DNA of 64,000 bases. It comes from Azolla caroliniana. Its lineage: Eukaryota > Plantae > Polypodiophyta. Under the pieces are notes generated by a model. It ran no database searches. It had not been told where the DNA came from and saw only the letters and a list, made by a program, of their open reading frames with translations. This document shows, piece after piece, positions 11,504 to 25,474 of this stretch (positions are counted from its first letter, which is position 1; each line of letters starts with the position of its first letter). A program made the position numbers and the translations under genes. Location of the stretch: assembly GCA_043228905.1 (NCBI GenBank), contig JBHGNT010000005.1, positions 11,718,001-11,782,000 of the forward strand, given 5' to 3'.

Positions 11504-14500
11504 CTTAGACAAAATTACGAAATCAACTTAGACATAAACAGAAATAAAGTGTAGCACACGATTTACGTGGAAAACCCTGATTTTAGGGAAAAACCACGGA
11601 ACAAAACTTTCCACTATAATAGAAGACAGAATACAACCATGGAATGAAAGAACCTGATCTGGTCTGAGTTCTCTGAAACCACAATTTCAGATGAGAACTC
11701 CAAACCCTAGCACGTAGATGTCTTTCCCGTTCGAAGCTTCCTTAACTTCTCTGTTTTAATCTCTCTCTTTTCTTTTCTGTTTCTCTCAACTTTTCATCTC
11801 ACTCTCAGCTTCTGAGATATGGTATTCACATAGCCGCTACTGTGTTCTCTCTAAGTCATTCATTGTACAACACTTCTCTTGCACTATCTTCTCATATATC
11901 TATATTCACACGCTCACTATTTCACTTAAGTATACTTTCTTGCCTTTTTCACTATCTTTACTCCTAGTGAGTTATCCCACATACAGACGCACTACTACGC
12001 CTGTCAGTATATATATACTAAGTCATTTCATACACATATATATGAAGACATACATATATATGTATATGTATGTTCTAACTTCTAATTGGTTGAGTCCGAA
12101 TTTAGCTTTCACATTGAATTTGGTCAATCGACTCTCGTTTCGGTGTTTCAGTTCTTCAGCCAACTGATTATCCATTTAGCTCTGTGACCGATTCCAACTA
12201 GCCAACTCCTGTTTTGGCTCTTCCGACCGAATTCGGTCAACCGACTCTTTTCGGCTTTTCGGCTAATTTCGGTCAACCGACTCATTTCGGCCTCTTAGCC
12301 AATTTCAATCAACTGACTGTCAAGTCGACTTTTTGGTTGACTCCCCCGCAAGGAGGGATGCCTTTACATAACAAACTCCCCCTTCACTCCTGTAGGGGGA
12401 GAGTCAACCAAACCAGTCTTTTGCTGGTACACAACAAGTTTTTCCATCGGCAGACTTTAGTAAGCATATCTTATCCATTTTTGTCAGTATGGATCTTTGC
12501 TAAGGTGAACTCATTTTCTTCCACTCTCTCTCACAACCAATGATACCTCCTTTGAATGTGCTTTGTACGAGAGTGATAGGCAACATTCTTCGCGAGGTGT
12601 ATTGCACTCTGATTATCACAATGAAGTAGGAATGTTCCTTGTTTCATTCCTAGTTCACTTAAAAAATCTCTCATCCAAAGTAATTCTTTTCCGAATTCCA
12701 CTGCAGCCATATATTCAGCCTCTATGGTTGACAAAGCCACAGCCTTCTGCAATCTTGATTTCCATGACACGGCTCCCCCTAAATAAATCATCACATACCT
12801 TGATGTGGATCGGTTCGAATCTACATCCCCCGACATATCAAAATCTATAAAACCTTCTAGCATAGGTTTCCCGGAGCCATATCTAAGGCATACCCTCGAA
12901 GTTCCTTTGAGGTATCTGAGTATCCATTTTACGGCTGCCCAATGCTCCTTTCTAGGATTACTCATGTACCGACTAACTGTCCCAACAGCAAATGCAATGT
13001 CTGGCCTTGTGCAGGCCATAGCATACATTAGGTTACCAACAACTGATGCATACGGCACCCTCCTCATCTCTGACTTATCTTTCTCAGCTTTCAGATATTG
13101 TCTTGAATTTAGCTTACAATCCACTAGCAATGGAGATCCAACTGAGTTTGCATTCTCCATGTTAAACCTTTGCAACCCTTTCGTCACATATTTCTCTTGT
13201 GACAGCCATAGCATGTTTTTAGTCCTGTCCCGGACTATATGCATTCCCAAAATCTATTTTGCCGGTCCTAAGTCTTTCATGGCAAAAGATTTGCTCAATG
13301 TTTTCTTCAAGCTTGCAATCTTTTTGCCATCTTGTCCAACAACCAACATATCGTCCACATATAACAAAAGAATAAGGAAATCACCTTCATCATACCTTTT
13401 CACAAATACACAATGATCAACTTGTGTTTTGTGGAATCCATGTTCCAACATGAAGGACTCAAATTTCTTATACCATTGTCGTGGGGCTTGCTTTAGCCCA
13501 TACAGACTTTTCTTCAACTTACATACAATATTCTCTTTTCCTTTCACCTCAAAACCCTCCGGCTATTGCATATAGATTTCCTCTTCCAACTCACCATGCA
13601 AAAAAGTTGTTTTAACATCCAACTGTTCAATTTCCAGATTCATACTGGCGGCCATACTCAAAACAGTCCGGATGGAAGTCAACTTGACAATTGGAGCAAA
13701 AATCTCATCAAAATCAACACCCTTTTTCTATTGGAAACCCTTCACGACAATGAGAGCTTTATACCTAGGTGTACTTCCGTCTTCTCCAGTCTTTAATTTG
13801 TAGACCCATTTGTTTCTAAGTGCCTTTTTACCATCAAGTAGCTCCATTAACTCATAGGTGAAGTTCTCATGTAAGGAATCCATTTCCTCTTGCATGACAT
13901 TATACCACTTCTCCTTATGTCATAGTATTCTGGTTCCCCTTCATCAATCAAGAGAATATATTGACTGGCTGGATACCGAGAGGAGGTCTTCTGTTGTCTT
14001 TGTGGATATCTTCTTCCTTCACCAACCGACTCAGATTCGGTTTCTTCTGCCAGCTCATCTTCCGAATCAGATTCGTGAGCATCTGTGTGCTATTGAGTGT
14101 CGGTCGACTCAGATTCGACTTCATTAGTCGGTTGTTGTCTGCCGACTAGTTGTGTGGGAGTGGGATCGACTAGTGTCGACTCCGTAGCAGTAGTCGATTG
14201 GGAAGACAACTCTGGTCTCTGTTGTTTTGAGACTTTGATTGTCTTGTCTTCCATGAATATAACATCACGACTTCTTATAACCTTCTTATCAAGGAGATCC
14301 CACATCCTGTACCCAAATTCCTCTTTTGAGTACCCCAAGAATATACAGGGTTTGGACTTGCTGTCCAACTTTGACCTCTAATCTTTAGCAACATGTACAT
14401 AGGCCAAGCATCCAAACACCTTTAAGTGCTGATAAGACACATTCCTTCCTATCCACACCCTTTGTGGTAGATTCCCCTTTAGAGGCACTGATGGAGATCT

Positions 14501-17500
14501 ATTTATGAGATAAACAATCGTCAACATTGCCTCAGCCCAATACGACTTTGGCAATTTTGCACTCGCCAACATGCTTCGTACCCTTTCCATTATAGTCCGA
14601 TTCATTCTTTCTGCTAGACCATTCAGCTCAGGTGTCTTCGGCACCGTATACTCAAGTTTGATGCCTTGAATCTTGCAATACATCTCAAATTGGCCTCTAT
14701 ACTCACCACCATTATTTGTCCGGACAGCCTTCAGCTTCTGTCCAAATTCTCTTTCTACCCTTGCATGAAACTCTTTAAAGACCGACATCACTTGGTCTTT
14801 AGACACCAGCACATAAGCCCACACCTTCCTACTGAAATCATCAATAAATGTGACAAAGTATTGTCCACCACGATGTGATGGGGCATCCACATAACACACA
14901 TATGTATGCACCAATTCTAAGGCATGCTCTCTTCTCATCGGAGGTCTCGAGTGGAAGGCTGTTCTATTTTGCTTTCTAGTCAAGCAGTCCACACACCTTT
15001 CCAAGTGTATTCCTTTCACCTCCGGTAGAAAATCCTTTTCCACAAGGATATGCATTCCCCTTTCGCTCATGTGTCCGAGCCTTTTATACAACAACTCACC
15101 GTCTGAGCCAGCCACTACATTTGCTTCATCTCGGCACAACTTTACATGCATTACATACAATGTGTTCTGTTTTTGGGCTCGAGCCACAATCAGGCTCCCT
15201 TTACAGAACTTCCATGTACCATTTCGAAAGCCACCACTGTAACCTTCATTGTCTAGCCATCCAACCAATATCAGATTCAATCTGACATCCAGAACATGGC
15301 GTACATCCTTCAATGTTAACCTGCAGCCAGTAGATGTTAGCAAACACACATTTCCTATGCCCACGATCATGCATTCACCATCATTTCCCATCCTTACGTA
15401 GCCATAGTCACCAGCTGTGTAAGATGAGAAACATTCTCTTTTGGGAGTTAGGTGGAATGATGCTCCAGAATCCACTACCCATGAGCACTCAACACTTGCA
15501 AGATTCACACTAACTTGTTCACATATGAATAACATCTCTTCCTCACTAGTTGCAATGGTTGAGGTGTTTTTATCATCAGAAAATTTTCTGGTTTCGACCT
15601 CATCAGCCATGCCTTTGTCCTTTCTGAGGTGTCGACAATTCTTTTGGAAGTGGCCAGGCTTCCCACAATAGAAGCATGTAGGCCTTCCCCTAGATTTCGA
15701 CCTTCCATAAAACCTATCTCCATTTTCTAGACTTCTATGCTCTCTTCTACCTCTAATAAGTTATTAGGTCACATTAGCTTCCGATTGAGACAAGGCACTT
15801 TTATCCTTTCTCTTGTCTCTTCATTTAGAATACTTGTCTTTATTACTAGTAAAGATAGGTTGTCTTCTTTACATGAAGTGTTGAGTGTCACTATTAAATT
15901 TTCCCAACTATCCGGTAGAGTACATAACAGTAGTGTGGCCTGCATAACATCATCTAATGGGAACTTCGCTAAGGCTAACTGATTCACCAGTCCCATAAAA
16001 GTATTGATGTGCTCTACAATGCTCTCCCCATCTACGTACTTTAGTCTCATTATCTTTCTCATCAAGAAAGTTTTATTTAGGGCGTTTTTCCTCTCACAAA
16101 GGGCGGAGACCTTATGCCATAACTCGAAGGCATTGGTATCACTTGCTACATGTTGTAGGACGCAAATGTCTACACATTGTTGTTGAGAGACAAGCTCAAC
16201 ATCGACCGGATCGGTTGAGCAAGCTGAGGACCGGATCGGTTGGGACCGATCTTTTAGGCCGGATCGGTTGGAAACCGGTACGCAGACCGGTGCGTAGGAA
16301 GACCGGATCGGTGCAGAAACTGGGAGGCCATCGGAAAGATATTCCGCAAGGAATATATTTGGGAGTTAGTGTAGGGGCTCCTTAATGAGCATTGAAGTAC
16401 TGTCAGTACTTCTGTCAGTCCGGAAAGGACTTGTATGAAAGTGTTCATTGAACACACACGATGTACAAATCGAGTATTATTTTTGAATTAAGTTCTTGTG
16501 TTTACCCTCTCTCTGTCTCTCCCGTGTGTACTATGCAAACCTAAGCTTTCCATTAAACCTACGTTTTCTGTTGTTCGGTTACCTATATTGCTTCCGCACG
16601 CCATTCTTTTCATGGTATCAGAGCGCGAGGGTTGAGAACCTTTGCAATCGACTTTGCTTGAAGGAAAAACCAACAAAGAAGAACAAGAAAACCGATGGAT
16701 AGAGGAATGGCTAGCTCGCTTCCGACGAAGAAGCTCGACAGAACCAACTATGCATCTTGGTCCTACAAGATGCACCAGTACCTGCTCGGACACGGTTACT
16801 GGAGCTATGTCGATGGAGCAAATGACACAGCACCCGATTCGACACACCAAGACTTCCTAGCGTGGGAACAATCGGCGAGCAGAGTGTTGTACTGTTTCAC
16901 GTCTTGTGTGGGCGAACAACTATTAAGCTACGTTCGGGATGCAAAAACACCGAAGGGTGCGTGGGAAAATCTGAAGAAGATCTTCGCCACGAGCACCACA
17001 ACTAGGAAGCTTAAGCTCCGACAGGAGTTGAGCAACCTACGACAACGCGATTCGTCGGTGGCTGACTATACCTCGAAGATCAAGGACATATGCGACGACT
17101 CCTTAGCTTCCATCAATGTGAACATCGAGGAAAGCGAGATGGTCTAGGTGTGTCTCGAGGGTTTGGCATCAAAGTTCGGAGCGTTCCGAACTGTTGTGAG
17201 TACACAGGAGAATACACTGTCATTTTTCGACTTACAGTCGATGCTCCTTATAGAGGAGAACCACGCGGGTGCGTCGACAAGCACGCATGCTGACAACAAG
17301 ATGCTGTACACGGAGGGAGATAGGCCCCGTGGTCATGGCGGACGAGGCGAGTCAGTACGCAATGGAGGCGGCCGACGGGATCAAGGAAGAAGGGAAATCC
17401 ATCGTGGAATGCCGACAGCAATTCCGGCCCTTCGTAAACATGGGGAGTCGAGGCAACGAGAGCCGGCAAGGGAAATCCGTCGTGGAATGTTGGTACTGTG

Positions 17501-20500
17501 GCAAGAAAGGCCACAGGGAGAGTCAGTGCTGGAAAAAGCGCGTCGATTCGTAGAGAACCAGGTCTGGAACTAGTTCCGGATAGACCGACAAAGGAAATCG
17601 GCAACAGGATCCGGAGAAGCTGGAAAAGGGTCAGTCTTCGTGACGAGACACGAAGCAAACTCAATGAAGAAGATCACCATGAAGTCGGAAGAGGTGTGGT
17701 ACATCGACTCTGGCGCGTCAAACCACATGACGTGCCACGAGGAGTGGTTCTCATACCTTGAGAAACCGACGCAACCAGGAGTAGTCGCAACCAGAGACGA
17801 CACTACGCATCCGATCGCGAATGTCGGTGAAGTTCCCATGAGCCATGTCGGGCAGAAAGGGAAACTTATGAACGTGCTACATGTCCCGACAATCACGAAG
17901 AATCTGGTGTCGGTCGGGCAGATCGTCGACCAGGGGATGCAGGTTCATGTGCTTCATTGAGGAAGAAGGCCGTGTTATTGCGCAAGGGCGCAGAGATGGG
18001 AGGATGTTCATCCTCGACTCTACTAACAATGGCACCGCAATGTTTGCGAAGGGACAAAAAGTCGAGTCGAACATCGACTTATGGCACAAATGGATAGGCC
18101 ACATCAACTACCAGCGGCTTCAGGACCTACAATCGAAACAGGTGGTGTTCGGATTGCCCAAATTTAGTGGCCGAAAGGCACAAATTTGTGAAGCCTGCCA
18201 GCTTGGGAAGCAACACCGACTTACCTTCCCCAACGAGCATAACCGGAGCCAGAACAAGCTCGACTTGATACACTCCGATGTGTGGGGGCTGACACAAAAC
18301 GTTAGTCTTGGCAAGAGCCGATATTTCGTCTCCTTCATCGACGACTACACGCAGCACACGTGGATCTACCTCATTGAGAAGAAGAGGGAAGTCTTCGACT
18401 GTTTCCGAGACCTCAAAAGGGTTCATGGAAACGGAAACAGGAAGAAAGATCAAGTGCCTACGGTCGGATGGCGGAAAAGAATACTTTTCCGGTCAATTCA
18501 ACGGTTATCTACAACAGATGGGAATTCGGCGCGAATTCAGTTGTAGATACATGCCGGAGCAAAACGGTGTGGCCGAGAGGAAAAATCGGTCGGTTGTGGA
18601 AGTGGCACGAGCAATGCTAGAAGAAAAGAGCTTGCCCAAGTTCTACTGGGCCGAGGCGGTAAGGACCACGGTATACATCCAGAACCGGATCGGAGACAAA
18701 GTGTCGGCGCACGACCTATATTTCAAAACGAAGCCGAACTTGTGACACTTACGAGTTTTCGGTAGCATTGCGTATGTGCATGTGCCAAAGGAGAAACGGA
18801 GGAAGCTAGATGCGAAAGCCGAGAAGAGTATCTTGGTCGGCTATTCGGATGAGCAGAAGGGTTATAAGTGTTATAACCCACGCACCAAACAAGTGCGCGT
18901 GAGCCGCGACATTTTGTTTGACGAGTCCGCGTCCTGGTACTTGCCTCCGACTCTAGACCTCACCTCCAATCCGAGTTCTGACGATGAGGTCAGCGAGGCT
19001 GAGATGCCTCCGAATGAGCCTGAAATCGGGACCGGCGAAGAGAGTCCGATTTCATTTCGGTTAAGCAGACCGAATGGACGACTGAGTCGGTTCGACCAGT
19101 CTGATGATGAGCCGGCGAGTAGTGGAGACTCGGCCGTGCATTCCTCGCACAGGAAGCCGAGGAGACGGCTTACGCGCAAAGAGAAAGGGAAGAAGAAGGT
19201 GTCGGATTCCGGCACGGATAGGAACGAGTCAGACCGATGCGAGTCCGACTCCGAGGGAAGCGGTGACGGGTCTACAAGAGCGAAGTCCGCGTCGGCCGAG
19301 AAGATCTCGACATCGGCTAATGACCGATTACGCCAATCTACCCACCAGAAGAACCCAGTTGTGTGGTTCGGATACAACGAATACATGGCACATCATTATG
19401 TGTACATGACCCATGTAGCGGAAGTGTGTGAGCCGGAGAGCTATGCAGAAGCGGCTAAGAACGCGAATTGGTGTGCCGCGATGGAGGAAGAGATGCACGC
19501 ATTGGCCTAAAATGAGACCTGGGACCTGGTTGACGCACCAAAGGGTGTGAAGCCGATCGGATGTAGGTGGGTGTACAAGGTCAAGTACAACATCGACGGC
19601 TTGGTCAACCGATACAAGGCCCGATTAGTGGCAAAAGGCTATGCGCAGAAACATAGCATCGACTACGATGAAACGTTTGCGCCGGTCGCGAAGATGACGA
19701 CCATCCGTGTGTTGCTCGTTGTAGCTGCGGCAAAGGGGTGGCACTTACATCAGATGGATGTAAAGAATGCGTTCCTGCAAGGCAAGCTTGAGGAACAGGT
19801 GCACATGGTACAACCCCCCGGATTTCACTCCGGAACGAACACGTCGACAGTGTGCCGATTGAAGAAGTCCCTTTACTTATTGAAGCAAGCCCCGCGTGCC
19901 TGGAACGCGAAGATCACGCAGCAACTGCGTCGGATGGGCTTTGCAATGTCAAAATCGGACTCTTCCCTATTCATCCGGAAAGGTCGACTTGGTCCGGTCA
20001 GTATTTTACTATATGTTGATGACTTAGTCATCACCGGCGCCGACCTAGGTGAAATTGACCGCGTGAAGCTCTAGCTCACGGCATCATTCGACATGAAGGA
20101 TCTGGGGGACCTTCATTACTTCCTCGGGATCGAAGTGATCCGCACCCTCGAAGGCATATTGATCCGCCAACATCATTACACGTTGAATATGCTCTTCAAA
20201 TTCGGGATGGCAGATTGTAAGTCCGTCTCGACTCCTCTGGATAGAACCGTCAAGCTTCGCCCCGAGTCCGGAAAGGTATGCGACCTGACGAGGTTCTGAC
20301 AGATAGTCGGCAGCCTTATATACTTGACCATCACCCGACCAGATCTCAGCTACCCGGTCGAGGTGATTAGTCAGTTCATGGTGCGACCGACTGAGGAACA
20401 CCTTCAGTGCGCACAACACGTACTCCGGTACGTCAGTGGCACTAAGGACCGGGGGCTGCTATATCGGTCCGATACAGCCCCGCAGTTGATTAGCTACACC

Positions 20501-22884
20501 GATGCCGACTGGGCCGGCAACGTCGCTGATCGTCGATCCACGTCCGGTTTCGCGTTCTCTCTCGAAAGTGCCGCGATGGCGTGGAGTAGCAAGAAGCAGT
20601 CGACAGTCGCGTTGTCGAGCACTGAAGCCGAGTATAGAGGAGCGGCTATCGCGACATGCGAAGCCATATGGTTGAAGTGGCTACTTAAGGATCTGTAAGT
20701 GGAGGTGTCCGAGCCAACGACTATCTACTGCGACAACCTCAGCAGCATCCAGCTCGCCAAGAACCCCGTTTTCCACGCCTGGACTAAGCACATTGAGGTG
20801 CACTACCATTTCGTCCATGAGCGTGTTCTCTCCGGTGAAGTCGAACTTTAGTATGTTCCGACGGATCGGCAGACCGCCGACATCTTCACCAAGCCTCTTG
20901 GACTGGACAAGTTGCGGCAATTCTCGGGTGCGCTTGGGTTGCATCACCTCAACGTGCCGAACTTGAGGGGGAGTGATGTCCCGAATGACCATAGAAGGGG
21001 GAGAGAAGACCGTGACGCCGAGTCGGATGACGAATTCGACTTCGGATTGACTGAAGAAGCCGAGGGCAGATCCGCGGAAGAGTCCAAAAGCGGACATAAG
21101 GGGAGCAGCCGAAAGAAAGAGCCGAAGCCAACCAAGCATGGAGGAGATGACGCCATCGAGGGTGATAAGACCGAAGACGAGTTGGAGACAATAAACTCGA
21201 ACGAGAGCGAAAACCGATCGGAGGTAGCCGAGTCAATTCAAATGTTTGATTCAGATACACTGAATCAACCGAGGGCCAAGCAGAAAAGAAGGCAGCAGGA
21301 GAAGCACCAACACCGCGACAGCAAGGGAGCTGTGAAGGGCCGTGGGAGCAGACAAGCTGACCGGAAGGGTTGAAGCGCGCAGAGTCAAACAAGTCGAGGA
21401 GCGCGAGTGAGGCGTGGAGCTAGGAGGAACCGAAGCGGTGATCCAGAAGATCCCGAAGAGCCTCAAGTTGAGCTTGAGGGGGAGTGTTGAGAGACAAGCT
21501 CAACATCGGCCGGATCAGCTGAGCAAGCCGAGGACCGGATCGGTTGGAAACTGGTACGTAGATCGGTGCAAAAACTGGGAGGCCATCGGAAAGATATTCC
21601 GCAAGGAATATATTTGGGAGTTAGTGTAGGGGCTCCTTAATGAGCATTGAAGTACTGTCAGTACTTCTATCAGTCTTGAAAGGACTTGTATAAAAGTGTT
21701 CATTGAACACACACGATGTATAGATCGAGTATTATTTTTGAATTAAGTTCTTGTGTTTACCCTCTCTCTGTCTCTCCTGTGCGTACTATGCAAACCTAAG
21801 CTTTCCATTAAACCTGCGTTTTCTGTTGTTCGGTTACCTATATTGCTTCCGCACGCCATTCTTTTCAATTGTCTTATAGTTGCCACCACCTTTCTATTTA
21901 GAATTTTCCACTCCGATTCTATCAACCCTCTTGGTATATCCTTATTTTCTATAGGCTCATATAAATCTTTGACTATAAAGAGATCTTCCATTTTGATCTT
22001 CTAGTCTAAGTAGTTTTGTGAGTTTAGTACAATCATCCCTGGAAAGCCACTCACACCCCCTTCTATCTAGAACCTATGCTTTGATACCAGTTTGATAGGA
22101 TTTCACTCAGACAAAATTACGAAATCAACTTAGACATAAACAGAAATAAAGTGTAGCACACGATTTACATGGAAAACCATGGAACAGAACTTTCCACTAT
22201 AATAGAAGACAGAATACAATCATGGAATGAAAGAACCTAATCTGGTCTGAATGCTCTCTGAAACCACAATTTCAGATGAGAACTCCAAACCCTAGCACGT
22301 AGATGTCTTTCCCGTCCGAAACTTCATTAACTTCTCTGTTTTAATCTCTCTCTCTTCTTTTCTGTTTCTCTCAACTTTTCTTCTCACTCTTAGCTTCTGA
22401 GATATGGTATTCACACAACCGCTATTGTGTTCTCTCTAAGTCGTTCACTGTACAACACTTCTCTTGCACTATCTTCTCATATATCTATATTCACGCGCTC
22501 ACTATTTCACTTAAGTATACTTTCATGCCTTTTTCACTATCTTTACTTCTAGTGAGTTATCGCACATACAGACGCACTACTACGCCTGTCAGTATATATA
22601 TACTAAGTCATTTCATACACATATATATGAAGATATATTGAGTTTGAATTCGGCTTTCACATTGAATTCGATCAATTGACTCTTGTTTTGGTGTTTTGGT
22701 TCTTCGGCCAACCGATTATCCTTTTAGCTTTGTGACGATTCCGACTAGCCAACTCCCGTTTCGGCTCCTCCGACCGAATTCGGTCAGCCGACTCATTTCA
22801 GCCTCTCGGCCGATTTCGATCAGCTGACTCTCAAGTCGACTTTTCGACCGACTCCCCCGCAAGGAGGGATGCCTTTACATAACA
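11504..22884 (-). mobile_element. Ty1/copia (Tork/Tnt1-like, family B), degenerate, interrupted by family A copy 2
   Basis: LTRs ~11504-12373 and 22093-22884; PPT (aactccccct on +) at 12374-12383; PBS (gctttgatacca on +) at 22078-22089; gag, protease (WVVDSGASFH), integrase (FIDDFSRK, NGLAERMNR), RT and RNase H fragments 12390-16175; gag start 21873-22066. Confidence 0.93.
16181..21867 (+). mobile_element. Ty1/copia (family A, copy 2), full length with disabled ORF, nested in the family B gag
   Basis: LTRs 16181-16612 and 21485-21867; 5-bp TSD ATTGT (16176-16180, 21868-21872); PBS 16613-16624; PPT gagggggag just before 21485; complete gag-PR-IN-RT-RH order with stops and frameshifts. Confidence 0.96.
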
Positions 22885-22962
22885 CTACATAGTTAGTAGA
22901 GAGGCTGGGGTTAGAGTGGGTCCTTTCTTTCTCAAGAAGAAAGACGCTGCAGAGACCCGGGA

Positions 22963-22977
22963 GGGGGGGGGGGGGGG
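22963..22977 (+). repeat. G15 homopolymer 3 bp upstream of the F-box ATG
   Basis: Read directly: ga-G15-tgt-ATG. Confidence 0.9.
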
Positions 22978-22980
22978 TGT

Positions 22981-24165
22981 ATGGCGGCGGAGCTCATCAT
23001 TCCTGGCTTGCCAGACGACATAGCCATGCGATGCTTAGCGAGAGTCCCCCCTCGCGCGCATGGAAGAATAAACAGAGTATGCAAGCTATGGAAAGAAGTA
23101 ATATCCTCCAAAATCTTCCAACAAATGCACCATAGCTGCGTAGAAGAAAACCCTGGCGCATTACACCCGTTTGTCGTCCTAATCGACACTTCCGAGACTG
23201 CAGAACGAATCCCAAGCACTGTAAATGCGTATGCGTTTGAAATCTCATCCGCAATGTCCCACCGCCCATCAATGTGTACATTCTCTTTCACCAATCTGGA
23301 CATCTCGGGTCTCCGCGACTCCATCTTTCTCTCGGGATGTGGGTCGCTCACCTACCACTCCAGAGTTTTTGTATTGGGCGGTTACACTCTCGGCCATGTC
23401 TCCAACAATTTGCATATCTTCGATTTCCTCACATCCACATGGACCGTTGGCTCGCCCATGTCTCTCTCTCGGGCCGAGTTTGCATATGGTATCATAATGA
23501 ATAAAATCTATGTTGCCACTGGGTTCTTCTCCACAGACGATACCCAAGACCCTGCTGATTTCTTCACCACCACAGCTGAAGTGTATGATATTGATGCCAA
23601 CCAATGGACAGCCATCGCAAATATGCCACTTTCTTTCAAGTGTGATGTCTCCTGGACACGTCAAGGTAAACTCTTTGTTGGAGGTTGTTATTTCGACAAT
23701 TCGGGATGTCGCGTGATCAAGGTCGTTTCATATAACCCTTGTACAAACATGTGGGTTGATGAGATCCTAATGTGCCAGCTCCTTTGTGAACTAAATCCAA
23801 TTTCTACCATCAAAATCGTTAGTGTTGGTAAAGAAGAGACTCTATACATGGCTGAGATGAAGAATTCAATGTATGATAGCATTGATGCATCTCTTTTAGA
23901 GATTAAAAAGCTCAACCCTGTGACATTAACATGGGATTGTGTGATGAGGACTACCGACTATGCAAACCATTATGCGTTCAGCTGTGAAAGCCATATGATG
24001 CCAAAGTTAAATGCCCTGAGGGATGGAGTTCTGGCAATATTGCATGGGAGAGAATCGTATGCCGAATTTGATGCCACAGAGATTGAGTTTCTGCAATCAG
24101 AAGAAGTCATCAAAATGCACATCTCTTGCCCATATGCTTGCATATCAACTGTCTTATTTCTTTAG
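22981..24165 (+). CDS. F-box/kelch-repeat protein, single exon, 394 aa
   Basis: N-terminal F-box LIIPGLPDDIAMRCLARVP...VCKLWKEVISS; kelch repeats VFVLGG...IFDFLTSTW...SPM..SR..F....MNKIYVATG...AEVYDIDANQWTAIANM. Confidence 0.92.
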   Translation: MAAELIIPGLPDDIAMRCLARVPPRAHGRINRVCKLWKEVISSKIFQQMHHSCVEENPGALHPFVVLIDTSETAERIPSTVNAYAFEISSAMSHRPSMCTFSFTNLDISGLRDSIFLSGCGSLTYHSRVFVLGGYTLGHVSNNLHIFDFLTSTWTVGSPMSLSRAEFAYGIIMNKIYVATGFFSTDDTQDPADFFTTTAEVYDIDANQWTAIANMPLSFKCDVSWTRQGKLFVGGCYFDNSGCRVIKVVSYNPCTNMWVDEILMCQLLCELNPISTIKIVSVGKEETLYMAEMKNSMYDSIDASLLEIKKLNPVTLTWDCVMRTTDYANHYAFSCESHMMPKLNALRDGVLAILHGRESYAEFDATEIEFLQSEEVIKMHISCPYACISTVLFL

Positions 24166-25474
24166 TCTATTGATTATTTGGAGGATTTCAGAGATAGAAT
24201 ATATTGGTAAAAATAAATGTTGTAAAATTTCTACTAGAAAATGCTTATTTATCAATACAAAGTTTGAGACTGTTGGTTCTAGTTCTATGGTGACCATCCT
24301 TCCATAATCAGCTTAATCTTTTGCCTTACTGATGCTTATTTTGTGTGAAATGTCTCACTAGGATTGTCTACTCTGTTTTGTTTCATTAGGCATGTAATTT
24401 TCTGCTTCGTCTTGCATGTGTGTCAAGTCAGTAGGAGGATGAGAATGTTGTATATTTTGTTAATACTTGTACATCAATAGCATACAGAGATAAAAATAAA
24501 GGAGCTTTATCCAAGGTCTCATATTAAAGTGGCTGGGTATTCAGAGAAGGTTGTAACGTTGACGCAAAGTTTGCTTCATTAATAATTGATTATAAGCAAC
24601 TCTATATCAAATCAAATGTAATCTATAAAGTCGGCCATCAGCCCATATACAAAGTCAAACCATTCAGTTGCAAAATCAAACCATTCATTATGGTTAATAA
24701 TTTTTTCCATAAAAGAATATATGATTCAGTTGATTGTTTGTCATTGCATATCTTTGATGTTACCAACTATTTCCCCTGAGTGTGTATCACCACCATCTAT
24801 TGGTTCTATTCTGCATGCATCCAATCAAGTGGATTTCTTGTGCAATGAAACTTCAAGTCTTGCAACAGGAGATGACATTTCATTTCCACAAAGAAACTTA
24901 AAGATTCAGAATCCAATCTATTATCTTCAACATAAGAAGACAAATCTAGAGATCTGGAGTACTGTGGATTGCTTGCGTGTCTTTTGTGTATGTAAAGGTT
25001 TCTCCCCTCGCACAGTACTTCAGACTAGTACCCTGTCAACACAAGGTAAAACAATGACTTTGGGATGTTTTCTTCTTGCTTGATTGAGGTGTTATTATTG
25101 CACTCCAAACGTGAAGCACACAAAAGGGCATATTCCCCCTAGAACCCTATAATCTTTCAGCAGAATTGACCTCGGCCATTAAGGATGATTTTTTGACTCA
25201 ATGTAAATGTGTAGCTCCTGAGCATTCGTGGAAAGAATCACACTGTTTGTTAAATAGGTAAAAAATGATGGTAGGAGGATGTAAGCAAATTGAGCTCCTG
25301 GCGTAAATTTTAATACTTCTCTCCTCCATTTAGTTTTGTCGGTAAGATATGTATACATTCCCCATGCATGTGTACAAAACATAACAATGGTATAAAGGCG
25401 TAAACCATTTTGTCCCCTGACCTATGGTTTACTGACAAAGGGTAAACCTTCTTCCCTCTAGTTTGTCTTGTGGG

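Noticed and set aside
24721-25083. 120-aa ORF between the two host genes
   Set aside because: No recognisable motif; AT-rich 3' intergenic sequence
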